DNA of 63,142 nt, counting the filler, from Chiloscyllium plagiosum (taxonomy: Eukaryota), in assembly GCF_004010195.1 (NCBI RefSeq). It is 3 parts of one record of this genome, joined end to end, with 100 filler letters (N's around TTAATTAATTAA, not from the genome) between each part and the next. Parts side by side here need not be neighbours in the genome. Positions count along the whole stretch, not along the records: positions 1 to 25,166 come from NC_057710.1; 2 more parts are not named here. The stretch is one strand, 5' to 3'. The translations under genes and the position numbers were made by a program. The notes under the pieces were generated by a model. The model saw nothing but the letters and a program-made list of their open reading frames with translations, ran no database searches and was not told the DNA's origin. This document shows, one piece after another, positions 1-11,720 of the stretch. Each line of letters opens with the position of its first letter. Within the stretch, counting starts at the first letter, position 1.

Positions 1-322
1 TTTTCCACAGTAAATACTGATGCAAAATACTCATTTAGTATCTCCCCCATTTTCTGCGGCTCCACACAAAGGCTGCCTTGCTGATTTTTGATGGGCCCTA
101 TTCTCTCCCTAGTTACCCTTTTGTCCTTAATATATTTGTAAAAACCCTTTGCATTCTCCTTAACTCTATTTGCCAAAGCTATCTCATGTCCCCGTTTTGC
201 CCTCCTGATTTCCCTCTTAAGTATACTCCTACTGCCTTTGTACTCTTCTAAGGATTCACTCGATCTATCCTGTCTATACCTGACATATGCTTCCTTCGTT
301 TTCTTAACCAAATCCACAATTT
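1..322 (-). mobile_element. CR1-clade LINE fragment (ORF2 linker region), truncated by window edge
   Basis: Near-colinear with the CR1 copy at ~24355-24682 (acagtaaatactgatgcaaaata...gccctcctgatttccctcttaagtatactcc). Confidence 0.9.
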
Positions 323-789
323 CTTTAATATCAATATTTTAAAATGGGTAAATTTATAAAATTAAAACACCCATTTAGATGAAACCAGAATTTCAATTTA
401 TGTCAATAGGGAATGAATGCAAAAGCAATGAGATTATGGGCTAAATATTTAGAACCCTTTGAGTTTGGAAAGAAGATGGGGAGCTCTGAAAACTAACAGC
501 AAGCAACAGGCTGGGCTGAGGATCTCACCTACTCTCCTCCCAACTGAAGTGAATTAACATGCCAGAAAGTTCATTAGTTGGGGTGGAGTGGAACATTTAA
601 AAATGGTGCATTGATTTCAGAATTTGTTTCTTTCAGATCAGCTGAAGGGAGCCAGGGCACAGTGAGACAGACTCAAGGCCACACCAGAGCATCATCCCAG
701 CCTCATTAGAAGGCCATTGGAACAAAGAAGGTCTCTGCTCTTCATAGGTGGGAACATGGGATTCCAGCATTCCCGTTTGGAAGATGATG

Positions 790-1240
790 AACACTCCCTG
801 CCAAAATTGGACATGACTAACAAGGACAATCGGTGGCTCCAAGTCCAAAAGACAGGCTGCAGTTGGTGTTGGAGGCAATACCAATTAGACTCTGGGCCTC
901 ATGGTAACAAGTGACAACAGAAAGGGAAGAACCTCAGGTCTCAGTTGAGCATGGGAGAGGAAACAGGGCAGAGGGGCAATGAATTTCACCTCTATGGCTG
1001 GATTCTCTCAAGTACTCAGCAACAATGTGGCCACAAGATATTCCCGTGCACAGTCAATAACGTCTATCAATAAGAGAGGCTTCCAGTCCCTCGTCGCTGA
1101 ATGGAGTATGATCAAAACAAGAGTTTTCGCCTTGTCTGTGCTTACTTTCCTGGCAACTCCTGTGACGCCTTTAAGCTTTACCTAGACCTCCACTTCAAAT
1201 CTCAAAGTATGTGGCTTGACTTGAGAGAAGACATTGGGCC
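790..1240 (+). mobile_element. Decayed PIF/Harbinger transposase (HARBI1-like DDE) relic
   Basis: Overlapping ORFs read AGFSQV...INKRGFQSL (979-1185) then VCAYFPGNSCDAF...WL (1101-1313). These match the Harbinger motifs AGFPxV, NRKGFHSL, VxARFPGSxHDAF and WLLGD in the right order, with frameshifts. Confidence 0.65.
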
Positions 1241-1278
1241 TCAAGGGCTGAGTTTTGTTGTTTTATTGCTTTGTATTA

Positions 1279-1705
1279 CCGTATATACTCGAGTAATAGT
1301 CGATCTCATGTAAATGTCAACCCTGTAATCACCTGGCCAAATCACCTGGAATTGCCCATATATCTTATGTAAACGTTGACCCGAGGTCTTCACAGATAAC
1401 AGATCACTGTTTATGAGTCAGTGTGCTGCCATCACGTCCGGTTTCGGCTTTTCAGTTGGCTAGTTGTTCCGCTCTGCTCTCAGTCTTCCAGTCCGCTGGC
1501 TGTTGAGTTCTGCTCCCGGGCTGCAGAATTACCATAATTTGTTGTTTTTTTTTAATCTTTATTTGTTTAGAGATCAATTGGGCTTCTGCTGTGAATTTTG
1601 ACAGGCATGAATTTCAGCCCCTCAAAAGTCCATATAATATTAATCCCATAAATTTAATCTTAAAAAGTAGTTAAAAACATTTGATTATTACTCAAGTATA
1701 TACGG
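1279..1705. mobile_element. Non-autonomous Tc1/mariner (Tc2/pogo-like) MITE, 427 bp
   Basis: 25-bp TIRs CCGTATATACTCGAGTAATAGTCGA (1279-1303) and TTGATTATTACTCAAGTATATACGG (1681-1705), 22/25 matching. TA on both sides (1277-78, 1706-07). Confidence 0.9.
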
Positions 1706-1794
1706 TAGTTTTCTTGCGTCTTCATCGGAGCGAGACCTGCCAAGATCTTTTGCCTCATGGATACTCGTCAATGGAATGACAGCCTTTTAAATAT

Positions 1795-1925
1795 TAAAGG
1801 CTTTGAGGGGCATAACAACAAAGTAGGAATATAGCACTGAGATAGAGGATCAGATCATATAGAAGGGTGAAGCAAACCTGAAGGCCCAAATGGCATACTC
1901 CTGCTCCTAGTTTCTATGTTTCTTT
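1795..1925 (+). mobile_element. CR1 3' tail fragment
   Basis: gaaggcccaaatggcatactcctgctcctagtttctatgttt matches the CR1 3' termini elsewhere in the window (e.g. 51720-51755). Confidence 0.7.
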
Positions 1926-2739
1926 GGATTGTAAACTCTTCCCAACAGCAATAAAGAGTTTCCTCATCAGAAAGTCTTAACTCCAATTTACCTTTTACCA
2001 GAAACTTGTTTCCGAACCAAGAGAAGCCTGATTCCTGTTTCCTTCCTTCATGGTGGAAATAGCAAAGTCACCTCTGGAAAATTGTGTGTAATTTTGCGCC
2101 ATACATTTGAGGGGATACAACAGTGCTGAAGAAACCTGCAATACTGATTAATCAGCTTAATGCCAAGGCCTACTTATCGGGAAAGACAGGAGAAACCAGT
2201 CATCTTAGCTCTGAAGATTGGGGAAGGGGTGGAAGAGATTTGACTGAAGTGTTCAAAATGATGAAAAAATAGATTAAATAAACATAAATTACTACTATTA
2301 AGAGGCATAAAGTCATGGAAGAGGCATATGCAGGCAGGTTTGGGTGACATCATTCTGTCCTATTCTGGGTAAGGATGATCTTTGACCTCCAGGGCCTTTG
2401 ATCGCTGCTATTTTTATGGAACTCCACTTTGGACATGACCATTTTGGGAAATTACTGCAAATAAATGGTAAGCAAATCGATCGAACTGCCAGGCCAAGTT
2501 CCCTTCACCTTCTTCTGGCAGTTGGATATACTGGAAGATTAGCAATTTAGCCATTTTGTCAGAGCAGGGAGCGAGGGAATTGGTCAGACCAGGAGATCCT
2601 GTTGTTAGGTTGTATCTCATTTTCTGCCGTTAACTCAGGTTAGCTCAGGCAGGATTGCGCCAGGGAATCAACTCATTGCCTCTAGAGTCTTTTGATGTCT
2701 TGATAAATGTTACTAGTCCTCTCTGAAAGAATTGGAATA

Positions 2740-2939
2740 CAGGGGATCCCCCATTTACAAAGGCTTGATATATGAACACTCAAACTCATGAACATGATCT
2801 GAAAGGAATTTAGTTTTAAATAACTGATACAAGAACATTTCCTGTGCTGATGAATGGCTGCTTTATGCTGTCCTGCCTTGTGTTCTGACTTGCAAATGGA
2901 TTCAGGAACAGAACTCATTCGCAACCTGGGGACTGCCTG
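2740..2939. mobile_element. Tigger/pogo-like MITE, ~200 bp
   Basis: TA|CAGGGGATCCCC...GGGGACTGCCTG|TA degenerate TIRs. Internal tgttctgacttgcaaa...gaacagaac recurs at ~62529-62580. Confidence 0.65.
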
Positions 2940-3149
2940 TATGTGATTTGGCCATGGTCTGTCCATGTTCAGCATCTCCTTTCTATTTATTTTCAGTATT
3001 GTGCTCCTCATCCATCTAACTGGAAAATGCACATAACTTACTTCCAGGCCTTTGCCAAAACTGTTCTGCATATATTAGTGAATGTTAAGAGTTACTGGAG
3101 TAATTTGTAATGTAATGTTTCCTTTTCCTTCCACACAGGGTACCTACCA

Positions 3150-3830
3150 AAGGGCACTTGAGACCATGATTTAACTCAACATGAGGGTCCAGTCACATTC
3201 CTTCCATGGAACAGCCCACTGGTGCATCAACATGTTCTGCTCCCTTTCTGTCATCACCAACATTTCAATTAGAACAACATTTAGTGCAGAAAACACTACA
3301 CATTTCTTTAAAACCGATCCATCACTATTCCAAATGATTATAAACTGGCAATGTTAATGAACTTGACTAGGACCTCAGGGATTGCGGAGAGAATTTTTTC
3401 TTATCACTGCATGGATCTGGTGAAGCAGATCATCCATAGGACTCATCTGAGACTTAACCAGTTCACTTTCATTTTATTCTCATCCATCTCATGGAGTTAT
3501 GAATTTATCACACAAGGTTCATACGCTACCATGAATCCAGACATTGGTGAGCAAGTAGCAGAGAAGCAAATAACAATAAAAGCATCCAGACATTCAAAAA
3601 GACACATCACTGATGTCGTACCTTAGTTGGCCAATGGGTGACCTAGATGCCAGATAATGGTGAGGATGAGTTGCATCGGTGGGAGTAAGGTAGGCAGCGT
3701 TTCAGATGGGAAAACCAGGAAGCAGGATTGATTGTGGTAAGAAGGTAAGCTTGGGTAAGCTTGGCAGAGGTGAACAGAAGTATTCTCTCTCCTCCTAGCC
3801 CACAAGCACCGCTGCATTTTCCTGCTAATC
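3150..3830 (-). mobile_element. Possible very old Harbinger transposase relic
   Basis: Minus-strand pieces in plausible order: QRCLWARRRE..HLCQ, YLASRS....DISDVS, MSGF, MTEREQ, KSW/KC. They loosely match Harbinger CxRRxR, FYASGSF..GD..GIS, AGF, TxAExxYN and LKxRFRCL. Weak. Confidence 0.35.
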
Positions 3831-4362
3831 ATGTCCTTGCCTCCCTTCAGCTACAATTTCTTTCCAATCAAGCAACACAGGTTAAATCTGAGATCACATA
3901 AAAGCACTATTTCTTCAAATTAAACTTAGTTTCAATATCATGTTGAATCATTAAGCAGCTCCGATCTGAGTGCCAGCTCATTGTCCACTGGCAAATGGAT
4001 ATTTCCCCTCAGAGAAGTGCTTTATAAATAGGTAATATTATAATGCCACGTTAAATACAATTTTCTGAACTTTCTCTAATGTAATAGAACTGACAGTCAC
4101 TTCATTTTAAAATTCACTAACAGCAGTACAGAATGTTTTATTACTTTTGCTGTACTATTGTAGGTGTTCAAATTGCACAAAGTTGGCCTCAGGAATTGGG
4201 AGGGAGAGTGTTGAAATTGTCAGATGATACAAAATTGTGCGGTAGAAGTAATGTCGTGGAAGACTGCATCAAATTACACAACAAATATTGCACAGTGGGA
4301 GAATAAAATAACAACAGCAAAGCATAAGGGGTTCATAGGAAGTTAAGAAATGACTTAGGGCG

Positions 4363-4443
4363 CATGCCCGAAACGTCGATTTTCCTGCTCCTTGGATGCT
4401 GTCTGACCTGCTGCGCTTTTCCAGCAACACATTTTCAGCTCTG
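4363..4443 (+). mobile_element. Penelope-like element terminal (pLTR) fragment, family A
   Basis: atgcccgaaacgtcgattttcctgctccttggatgctgtctgacctgctgcgcttttccagcaacacattttcagct matches copies at 14119-14197 and 14588-14665. Confidence 0.85.
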
Positions 4444-4694
4444 GTGTATATGAACCCTGCACAGGCAACTTAGGTCAAATGTTCTGTTTCTATCCTGCAG
4501 ATTTTATACAATATATACCATAAACTGATATCCCAAAGAAGGTCAGAGCAAATGACAGTTAATAACATATTATATTAATGATGTTCAGGGGGAATATTCA
4601 CTGCTCTCAGGTATTGCCATGAAGACACTGTTTAAGTCACACAGGTAATTTTAGTTTTACAGTGTATTGTATTTCACATGCGTATATTTCCTTC

Positions 4695-5510
4695 AATGTC
4701 TACCACCATTCAGCGACTGTTTTCGACCTCATAAGATGATAATTTTTTTCTGTGGGAGTCCCACACTGCCTAGGCAATCACTGCTACATGTGCTGCACAG
4801 GAAGACAGGGGCCTCTATTTGTTGTGGATTCTTTCCTCAACCTGCTGAGCATGAATTTCTACTCAACTCTTCTGAAGCTCTTCCACATAGTCAGCCTCCA
4901 GGGCTCCCACTTGTCAAGTGTCAATATTTCCTAGCTTGATATCTCGTTTGCTGGATTCCTTACATTGGGGTAACGGATCCTCAGGAAGTCATGACCTACT
5001 GACCAGTTTAACAGAAGCAAAGTCTAACAGTACAGGATAGCATCCAAGTGAAGAACATGGCTAGGCCAGGAAAGAACAGCATGGCTTAGCAATAAACGTA
5101 TGCTGCTTGATTGAAAATACTTCAGTATCTCCAGGTTGGTGACCAAGTCCTGCGAAGAGATGCCAAGCGTATGTCTAAGGTGGCAAATACAGAACAGTTC
5201 AGCCTTTTCTTCTGCCCAGTATATGTTGTTTAGATCTCTCCATTGCAACGAGGATACAGACTTGGTAAACCTGCAGTTGTTTGACCATGCTGTGGATCTC
5301 AGAGTTCTGCTGTTCCACTGTCACTCCTGACCTTACGTATTCATGCTATCATGGGTACAACCACATTGACCAACTTTGGTAGGCAGCCACTTTTCTCCAG
5401 TGGTTTAACGTGACTGCCTCTGCTTACGTGGTCAAATACTCTGATGAGATCAGTGAAGATAATTTATAACGCTGTCCTCTGTTAATGACATTTTTCTTGC
5501 AGCTGTCAGA
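4695..5510 (-). mobile_element. RTE-clade (BovB-like) LINE, decayed 3' part
   Basis: ORF 5024-5248(-) CHLRHTLGISSQDLVTNLEIL...SIRLLLS..LSWPSHVLHLD matches the RTE C-terminal motif CLRRILGIxWQDxVTNxEVL...LRWLGHVxRM. Confidence 0.8.
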
Positions 5511-5561
5511 TCATGTTACTTGCAAAGCTTTCAATTCTGAAACCACATTGGGATTCGGGAT

Positions 5562-5765
5562 GGATGCTGCAAATGCTGGGGATCTAAAATAAAGACAGAA
5601 AGTACTGGTGAAACTCAGCAGATCTTCTGTCCAGAGTCAATCAAAGTGTATGCTTTGTAACCATTCTGAACAGTCATATCAGACTTGGATTGTTAATTCT
5701 GTTTCACTCTTCACAAATGCTGACAGACCTGCTGAGTTTCTCCAGCACTCTGCGTTTATTTCAGG
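5562..5765. mobile_element. Old Penelope-derived fold-back element
   Basis: Inverted arms aaataaagacagaaagtactggtgaaactcagcagatc and gacctgctgagtttctccagcactctgcgtttatttc. A related single arm lies at ~60760-60880. Confidence 0.65.
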
Positions 5766-6794
5766 ATAGCTGCATCCAGCTAAGATTTGCAGTAATAGAG
5801 TTGTAGGGTCAAGCAGCATGGAAACAGCCCCTTCACTCCAGCTCAAAAAACACTTCTCACATGATGCTCAGTCGGGAGATCTCTCAATATTTGTTGCAAT
5901 TGCCACAGTCAGCTTTTTTCCTACAATTGTTGTATCAGACATCTCCTCAGGCACTGTCCCCTTCCCCCAGTAGGGGCTACAGGAATCTTCATTTCCCACC
6001 TTGACCAGTTCAGACAGTATTAGCTACAGCTGCTAGAACTTGGCTGGAACTTAAAGGAATTCAATCCAAATCTTTGCAACCTGCTCTCAATTTAACCACT
6101 TTAGGCCCGTGTTCTTCTGGTGCGTCTTTAGCAGGACAACATATTGTTCCTGAGGTGCAGTGTTTGGTCAACACTATTCTAGCTAATACTATTTTAACCA
6201 AGTCCTTGCTCTTAATTTAGTGTAACATTCTATCCCTGTGATCAAAAGGAAAATACCAGATATTTCAGGGGAAAGTAAACTTCGTCAGTCATTATCAAAA
6301 AACCCTGAGCTTTTTCACTTCTGATTAGATCAATCTGTTGGTCATTTCTTTTCAAATCTTTTTATATAAATGCAGCATGATCTCATCAGTTCAGTTATGT
6401 CATCAAAATATTTTTCTTACAAAGTTGAACCCAAGTCACTGACTAAAAAATAGAGCACACGTTTAACAGCCCGATCATTTAGATGCACAACAAATGTAAG
6501 GGAAGCTCTTGATTCAGTTAGACAGAATTCAGAGACTCAAAGCAAATTGGCCACTTTCCAGCAGGGATTGGGGGTACGGGGGAGACAGTGTGTTGGGGAT
6601 GCCGATCACTATAAACAACAGGTTTCGTTGTGACTATTTAACTCAGCCATAACATTATTATCTTGCTTCTGGCTTTCCTGTCTAATGATGAGTTTGTGTG
6701 TGGTAATTCTGGCCACGCGAAAGCTTCTATTTAAAGAAGCACCAACAAGGGGTTGTTCCAGAGGCTTTAGAACGCGAAAGTATTAGGCACAACA

Positions 6795-7300
6795 TGGCAT
6801 GGCTGCCCACGTTAGCTGTATTTTCTCTAGAGATGGTGAGGGGACAGAGAAAATTGTTGGTCCCCGCAGACAGGAGGCAGACAGCAGCCTCACAATGCAA
6901 ACTGGCTGGAGATGGCCAAAGCAGCCCAAAGTTGGATTCAGTGCAAGAGAATTGTGTGTCATGAGTAGGGACAGTGACTGTGTAACCCTCTCATGTACCA
7001 ATTCTTACACTCTGAGTTTCCAGCATTTTCCTGCACAATGCTCCTCTGCTTATGGCTTTTTCCTTTGGTACCTCACATCACCAGCCGGACAGCTAACACT
7101 CATGCTGTCATCTTGTCACCATCTCAGACTCCTCCTTCACGGTTACCAATCAGAAATATTGTTATTTTGTGTTAAACATTCAATTTCTTGCACTCATAAC
7201 TCCACTTTATCTCCATGTAGAAGAGGAAAGTGCAGAACTAAGGAAGAGACAAAAACACAGTGAGAACTACCTGCTTGGAGTGGAAAAGTAGACCATGGTA
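6795..7300 (+). mobile_element. Possible Harbinger Myb/SANT-like ORF relic
   Basis: EMVRGQRKLLVPADRR followed after a frameshift by WLEMAKA (6831-6923) resembles the EVxxRRxVLFP...AWxEVA pattern of Harbinger-associated Myb/SANT proteins. A basic/charged segment follows after an AG at ~7220. Confidence 0.4.
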
Positions 7301-7645
7301 ACAAAATGGAGATCAAGGTGGCAGAGTCTCCCACATACTCAATTTCAGAATTCTAAATGACATACATCCCAGAACAGTTAATGGTTCTGTGTTTTTATTA
7401 CCCCACAGATGACATGTGACCATGTGAACATCAATGATAACTTTGAACCCTTTCCACTTCTCAGCCTGACTCATGAATTTCAAACATCACAGAGAAGCTA
7501 GTGAGGGAGGAAGCTGAGGAGTCCTTAGAGGGAGGCACACACTCTGAAGAAACATTGTTAGACAACTTGTGCACAGAAACACAGACCTGAGGATGGGGTT
7601 TCCATTCCACCAACCAGTCAAATCTGGTCAAGTAGGAAAAGAGTA

Positions 7646-7858
7646 GGCAAACAGGAGGCTAGACGAACACAGCAAGCCAGGCAGCATCAGGAGGTGGAGG
7701 TGTCAACATTTCGGGTATAACCCTTCTTCAGAAGAAGGGTTATACCTGAAATGTTGACTTCTCCACCTTCTGATGCTGTCTGGCTTGCTGTGTTCTTCCA
7801 GCCTCCTGTTTGTCTACTTTAGATTCTAGCTTCTGTAGTTTTTTTTTGTCTCTAACTA
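7646..7858. mobile_element. Penelope-like fold-back mini-element (variant family C)
   Basis: Palindromic around cttcttcagaagaag (~7723-7737). Flanking direct repeat ggaaaagagta (7635-7645) / ggaaaagaata (7863-7873). Confidence 0.8.
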
Positions 7859-8068
7859 ATTTGGAAAAGAATAACTGCTCCAGTGAAACTGCCTCAACCT
7901 TTTTGGAGAAGCAAGGGAGTGGATCAAATTAAGTTTAATTAAATTAACCCAATCAAATTTAATCCAATTACAAACAATCAAATCATTGTTCTTGCCTCAG
8001 TAAATTCCCCAGTTTAACAACCAGAGATTCTTTTTTAATCACCTGCCACTCAAAGTGTCATAAAGTCA

Positions 8069-8197
8069 TATAAGGGATGTAGGGGCATTCTTAAGAGGGA
8101 AATCAGGAGGGCTAGAAGGGGATATGAGATAGCCTTGACAGAGTGGTAGGAATAGGCCAAAGAAATTCTACAAATAAATTAAGAGCAAGAGAGCAAC
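8069..8197 (+). mobile_element. CR1 internal fragment, paralogous to 41137-41265
   Basis: 120/129 identical and ungapped by manual alignment to 41137-41265. Encodes an LKREIRRA-type linker. Confidence 0.85.
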
Positions 8198-8207
8198 CTT
8201 TTTTTTA

Positions 8208-8529
8208 GGGGCAGCACAGGGGCTCAGCGGTTAGTATTACTACATCACAGCGCCAGGGACATGGGTTCGATTCCCGCTCCGGGTGACTGTCTGTGTGGAG
8301 TTTGCACATTCTTCCCGTGTCTGTGTGGGTTTTCTCCAGGTGCTCTGGTTTCTTCCCACAGTCCAAAAGGTGTGCCGATTAGGTGAACTGGCCACGCTAA
8401 ATTACCCATAGTGTTAGGTACGTTAGTCAGGGGTAAATGTCGGAGAATGGGTCGGGGTGGATTACTCTTCGGAGGGTCAGTGTGGACTTGTTGGGCCTGT
8501 TTCCACACAGTAGGGAATCTAATCTAATC
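8208..8529 (+). mobile_element. HE1-type V-SINE (tRNA-derived), (AATCT)n tail
   Basis: A-box/B-box head (ggctcagcggttag...ggttcgattcc), V-domain ctgtgtggagtttgcacattct..., CR1-like tail. Confidence 0.9.
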
Positions 8530-8892
8530 ATTCACCACAGAAACAGGTAGACCCAGTCCATGCCGACCATAATTTCCAACTAAACTAGTCCTACTTGCCT
8601 GCGCTTGGCCCATATTCTTCCAAACATTTTTTTTCATTTACTTATACAAACGTCTTTCAAATAATATAACTGTACCCACATCCATCATGTCCTCTGGAAG
8701 TTCATTCCATACATGAACCACTCTGTGTAAAAAAAAGCCCCTCATGTCTTTATTAAATCTTACTCCTCACACCTTAAAAGTCTGCCCCCTAATCTTGAAA
8801 TCCTCCACCTTGAGGAAAAGACACCACCCAGTCACCTTATCTACACCCCTCATGATTTTATAAACCTCCACAAGGTCACCTCTCAACCTCCT
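8530..8892 (-). mobile_element. CR1 3' fragment
   Basis: Colinear with the 3' end of the CR1 at 23120-23490. Confidence 0.85.
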
Positions 8893-9498
8893 TTGACAGT
8901 TGGTCTCTATGGCCCTCCATCAACTGGAGTCGGTCTATTTGTACTGACTCTATCACATTCTTACATAATTTTGCAAATGTCTACCAAGTCATCCTATAAT
9001 CAGGAGTGTCCTAATTTTAAAAAAAGCCTTATTTGTATTTGTGTTTCCTTACACCTTATATAGGAACATTATCTCTTGTCTTTGTTTCATTCCCATGTTA
9101 GGTCTTAGAATTATTACTTTTTTAAACAAATATAAATGACCTTAGCAACACATGGCACTACCTTAAATATCTTTGCTACCTCGACCCAAAATTGCCCAAA
9201 ACCTACAGCATCATGAATACTTCCATCCAGAACAAAATACCTACTGTCATTGTTTTCACAGCAATACAGCACCTCAGATGTTTTACAGAACGCTATGCAC
9301 CAATGTTTAACCAATTGCCCCATTTTGTCAATATCTTATTGGTCTTCTGAAGAAATACCTATGCCTCCTAGGTGGGTACAATTGTGAATACCACTCACTC
9401 TGGATCAATATCCAAACAATTGCTGGACACAGGGAACAGAAACTGTCCCAGAACTGAAACATATGGACACCCAGACCAATTCCTACACTTATAAAATA

Positions 9499-9662
9499 TG
9501 ACTTGGAAGTGCCGTTGTTGGACTGGGGTGGACAAAGTTAGAAATCACACAACACCAGGCTATAGTCCAACAGGTTTAATTGGAAGCAGTAGCTTTCAGA
9601 GCACTGCTCTTTCTTCAGAAGGAGTTGGACTATAACCTGGTGTTGTGTGATTTTTTTTAACT
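9499..9662. mobile_element. Penelope-like fold-back mini-element (family B)
   Basis: Arms aaatcacacaacaccaggctatagtccaac and gttggactataacctggtgttgtgtgattt. Direct repeat acttataaaata (9487-9498) / acttataaagta (9660-9671). Confidence 0.8.
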
Positions 9663-10989
9663 TATAAAGTACTCCTGACATTTTGTTTTCTCTGGGCAGC
9701 TTGTTGAACTTCCAGGAAACCATATTTCCTTTTCACATCTTCCCTTGATTCTTACCTCAGATTGGCATAACTGACACTGAATGTTTGTCTTTACTTCCAT
9801 TGATTCCTCATAGCACTGATCTATGTCTTGTCGTTTTCTTCCATTTAACTTTACCTATATCAAGCAGAACCTACTGGCTTGCAGCATCACTTAGCAAAAT
9901 AGCCTGATTTTGAGCAGCTATGACATTTAATTTTCCTGCACAAGCCTTGAGATGGACATTGATTACGTTAGCCATTATCACCTAAATCATTCAACAATTT
10001 TACTGGCCATAAGTTGGTATGCAGTCCCCATTCAGAGCACTGTCTCAAGAGCTTTCCCAAACTTTGGCTTCTATCCTCACCATATTAAGAAAATAACCAG
10101 AGACCAAATGACCCGTTATTGTATTGTCGAGAAATGTTGCTTGATTCTGCCACACACTGAGGAAGTGTTTGTAACTTTGTCGACTGCATTGATTTCTCAA
10201 TCATTGTTTAATAAGTGGTGACTTCAGGCTGAGATATTACTTGACCACTGAGACCAACTCCTTGTATTATTTATCTTTAGAATGAACAGGTTCAATCGGA
10301 TTCTGTAATTGGATAAACTCTCTTTTTGGTAATAATTGCAAGTGTGTTTGTTTCAAAAATAAAAATTATACTCTTTCAAAACACTGCAGTTCAATGCTAT
10401 TCAATATTCTAAATTTTTTGAACTAATATCATCATGACATGAAAAATCTCAGTGACAAAATAGATCACTATCTATTAATCAAGAATATTAGTATTTAATA
10501 TTTTATCAGTGCAATGTTCTTTACATGTAATGCCAAGCAAATACTAACTAACTGCTTTATTTCCACTCCTCCAATAAAGTTGCAAAGAATAAGATAGAAT
10601 GCATAAGAAGATGATGCAGTGGTCATTGCCTTAGAATACTTATTCTCATGAAGAAATGATCTAGTGATCAGTTAACAATAGGCAAGTATCATGCCTGACA
10701 CCGACTCAACCTATTGTTACAAATAAGGATATATGGAAAAGAGCTTTGAGGAGATGATTAGTAGTTGAGAATTATTATTGCTTTCCAGGATGCTTCAGAA
10801 TAGTGATTGGCTATCACTGATGAATGAGGGGCTGGCTCACCTTTGGTGTTGGCTAACTAATGTCAGTTGCATGTTATACTCAACAGGATTTCTGCTGGCC
10901 TTGAGGGAGAAAAGAGTAGGCATACTGCAGGAAACAACTGAGGTGGGAGAATTCATTTTGGTGTACAAAGAAGAATATCAAAGGTAGAG

Positions 10990-11414
10990 CTGAGAAAATG
11001 GTTGAGTAAATTGTTGGTTGCATAAGATAGGTTTGAAAGTGCAACTGCCTGTCAGCGAAGGATTTTCTCCAGTGATGGTTTTGGAAGGAAAGAGAGCTAG
11101 GAAAGGACTTATGATAATGGTTGGTTAGAGAGGCAAGGAAAACATCAGAAATGGTATTGTCAGTACTGTATCAAGACCAGAAGAGGAGAGGCCAAAGAAG
11201 AAAAGCCAGTGTGAGGTGTTACAGGTGATTGCAAGAGTAAGATAAAAAAATTTACATGACTGTTTAGGGAGGCAAAGAGGGAAGTGAATTGTGAGAAGTG
11301 AGGACCTGCAGAGCTCCAATGAAAGTCTCTAAGGGTGAAGAGTTGCCCAGGGGAATGGAAGCAAAGGAGAGAAAATATATCAGAAAGAAATTTGGGGTGA
11401 GCTCGGGAGTAGAC
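10990..11414 (-). mobile_element. Old L2-clade LINE endonuclease fragment, interrupted by Penelope
   Basis: Minus-strand pieces TLRDFH, SQFTSLFASLN, HVN and TISDVFL resemble the APE-endonuclease motifs GDFNxH and SDH. The element appears to continue after 12662. Confidence 0.5.
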
Positions 11415-11720
11415 TAAAGTACGGCACCACTCCCCACCTCTTCCTCCGCTACATTGATGACTGCATTGGCGCCACCTCGTGCTCCCGCGAGGAGGTTGAG
11501 CAATTCATCAACTTCACCAACACATTCCACCCTGACCTTAAATTTACCTGGACCATCTCTGACACCTCCCTCCCCTTCCTGGACCTCTCCATCTCCATTA
11601 ATGACGACCGACTTGACACTGACATTTTTTACAAACCCACCAACTCCCACAGCTACCTGGATTACACACCTCTTCCCACCCTACCTCTTGCAAAAATGCC
11701 ATCCAGTATTCCCAATTCCT

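Noticed and set aside
2414..3071. ORFs of 68 and 129 aa as host exons
   Set aside because: No recognisable domain, and the longer one runs through a MITE.
3121..3180. Strong acceptor ccttttccttccacacAG
   Set aside because: Stops occur in all three frames within ~40 nt and there is no convincing donor.
8208..8285. tRNA-like A/B boxes at SINE heads (also near 29110-29188 and 41288)
   Set aside because: These are tRNA-derived SINE heads joined to the V-domain. No complete cloverleaf is supported.
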